Assembly (NCBI GenBank): GCA_018992685.1
Contig: JACVGT010000043.1
Coordinates: forward strand, 1-27,917
Length of the DNA: 27,917 bases
DNA from: Theionarchaea archaeon
GTDB taxonomy: Archaea > Methanobacteriota_B > Thermococci > Methanofastidiosales > SZ-28-30
Direction of reading: 5' to 3'
Shown here in pieces: positions 26,595-27,917 of the stretch. How positions within the stretch are numbered: position 1 is the first letter of the stretch; the number at the start of each line of letters is the position of its first letter. The translations under genes and the position numbers were made by a program. A model generated the notes under the pieces. The model made no database searches, was not told the DNA's origin, and was given only the letters and a program-made list of their open reading frames with translations.

Positions 26595-27701
26595 TCATAA
26601 AGAACTCTTCTGTTGCGGTGGGTTGGAGAATATGTACAGTCTCCCGAAGCGATTACTGTATGCCACACGGGTTCCATCAGGACTGACAGCGACTGCAAAA
26701 ACAGCATCAAAACTCAGGTCTCTCCGCAATACATTGCCGTCTCTATCTACTACTATAAAGAACGGGGGCAGAGAATCACAGCCTAGAGCAATGTACTCTG
26801 CTCCTGGTGTCGAAGCCAGGTATTGGTTATCTCTGCCAACAGATTTCTTCCATACCAATTCTCCATCCCGGGTCAACTTGTACAGGTCCTTATTACATGC
26901 CGCAATGATGTACTGGCTGTCACTGGTAATAGTGACAGAGGTAAGCAGGTCTTCTAAAGGATAGGACCAGACATCTTGACTGTCCAGCGTCGATACTTTG
27001 ATCTGTGGCTCTTCTCCCATGAATCGGTACACTAGATAGGAACTGTCGGGTGAGAAAGCAACTGTCCTGTTACGACTTCCTGTATAAATCCGTCCCGCAT
27101 CTATTGACCAGATCAGTTCTCCATCACGCACACAGTTGATCTTGTCCTCAGAATCAGTGAACACAACACATGAACCATCGGGTGCCACTGAAACCTGTTC
27201 AATGGATTCCCCGTCATCGTATGTCCAGAGAACTGCACCCTCTTTGGAAAAGCCATAGAGAATTCCCGTATCATTTGTGCCTGCAGCCATGAGGTTCCCG
27301 GAGGCCCCGATGGCAGCTCTATTGACACGTTGTCCTAAATCTCTCTGCCACAAGACTTCACCTGTCAGGCTCAACAATGCTGCACCTCCCGTTTGTGGAG
27401 AATTCTTGTAGGTCGTGACAAAAAGCGTATCTCCGCAAAGCACCATCCCGTCGCTCCCCAAGCCTTCGGTCTGCCACACAAGATTTCCATCCCAATCAAG
27501 ACAGAATACCCTGCCGCCACAGCCAAAAAGGAATTCTTCAGTACCTATGAGGTCGACTACGTCCGCCTTCAGCGTTACTTTTCCATTTGTTGCCTTTCTG
27601 TCCATGTTCTCGTCCACGTTCTGATCAATACACCCTGCCAGGCCAATAAGCAAGCAGCAGACCAATACGCTTTGCAGTTTGTGATACCCATTTCTATTCA
27701 T
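26595..27701 (-). CDS. Lipoprotein with PQQ/WD40-like beta-propeller
   Basis: Lipobox LAGC after a hydrophobic stretch. Repeated xGxxLWx and VxVSPDG motifs. SD GGAGG precedes ATG 27701. Confidence 0.85.
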   Translation of the reverse strand: MNRNGYHKLQSVLVCCLLIGLAGCIDQNVDENMDRKATNGKVTLKADVVDLIGTEEFLFGCGGRVFCLDWDGNLVWQTEGLGSDGMVLCGDTLFVTTYKNSPQTGGAALLSLTGEVLWQRDLGQRVNRAAIGASGNLMAAGTNDTGILYGFSKEGAVLWTYDDGESIEQVSVAPDGSCVVFTDSEDKINCVRDGELIWSIDAGRIYTGSRNRTVAFSPDSSYLVYRFMGEEPQIKVSTLDSQDVWSYPLEDLLTSVTITSDSQYIIAACNKDLYKLTRDGELVWKKSVGRDNQYLASTPGAEYIALGCDSLPPFFIVVDRDGNVLRRDLSFDAVFAVAVSPDGTRVAYSNRFGRLYIFSNPPQQKSSL

Positions 27702-27711
27702 AGATCGTCCT

Positions 27712-27774
27712 CCTTCCCAATCATACATGAGTATTGAAAGCTGCGTTTTTAAAGGTTCACCGGGACGAACAACG
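27712..27774. repeat. 63-bp exact direct repeat, copy 2
   Basis: Identical to 26300-26362 and ends exactly at the IS terminus. Confidence 0.95.
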
Positions 27775-27917
27775 TGTAATATCACCAGACATGGGTGACA
27801 CTTTTGACACCACACATAGGTAACACTTCTTATAAGTCTCATGGCAACCGCTCCTCATATCTCGCGTGAGGCGTTGCACCGTTGATGCCCATGTGAGACC
27901 TTTCGTGATTGTAGTAG
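27775..27917 (-). mobile_element. Right end of an IS481-like insertion sequence (continues beyond window)
   Basis: Terminus starts TGT (TGTAATATCACCAGACATGGGTGACAC). Two 21-bp subterminal repeats at 27783-27803 and 27808-27828. A transposase C-terminus reads toward this end. Confidence 0.8.
27839..27917 (-). CDS. C-terminal end of integrase-core (DDE) transposase (partial)
   Basis: Reads YYNHERSHMGINGATPHARYEERLP*, the YNxxRxHxxxxGxTP motif of IS3/IS481 transposases. Not in the ORF track. Confidence 0.82.
   Translation of the reverse strand, partial: YYNHERSHMGINGATPHARYEERLP

Noticed and set aside
26300-27774. CRISPR array (the repeat contains ATTGAAAG, like some archaeal CRISPR repeat ends)
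   Set aside because: Only two copies, 63 bp long and 1.4 kb apart, containing a promoter and gene start. There are no spacers or cas genes.
27702-27842. N-terminal extension of the 415-aa ORF in the track
   Set aside because: It runs through the duplicated promoter and the IS end. The lipoprotein signal and SD indicate a start at 27701.

Overview
Archaeal chromosomal window. It has TATA/BRE promoters, many leaderless starts, GGTGA-type Shine-Dalgarno sites and an aEF-1alpha-type GTPase; the gene mix suggests a Thermococci/Theionarchaea-like lineage (inference only). From left to right: the 3' end of an S-layer-type gene; an AmmeMemoRadiSam pair with export signals; a tandem dead/active pair of transglutaminase-like membrane proteins; a TPR surface protein; truA; a class V PLP enzyme; a histidine module; large surface and GT-C membrane proteins; a GNAT; a pyrG-phi-Zn finger-2-hydroxyacid dehydrogenase operon; HIT; an M29 aminopeptidase; a cupin; HerA; a beta-propeller lipoprotein flanked by an exact 63-bp duplication of the herA promoter; and the right end of an IS481-like element. 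The most interesting part is the histidine module (9247-13996). It pairs a His-free, insertion-bearing HisRS with a divergent EF-1alpha paralogue whose aminoacyl pocket is remodelled. The pair sits behind a leaderless His-codon uORF, alternative RNA stems and a U7 tract (attenuator-like), back-to-back with a His-rich histidine ammonia-lyase.
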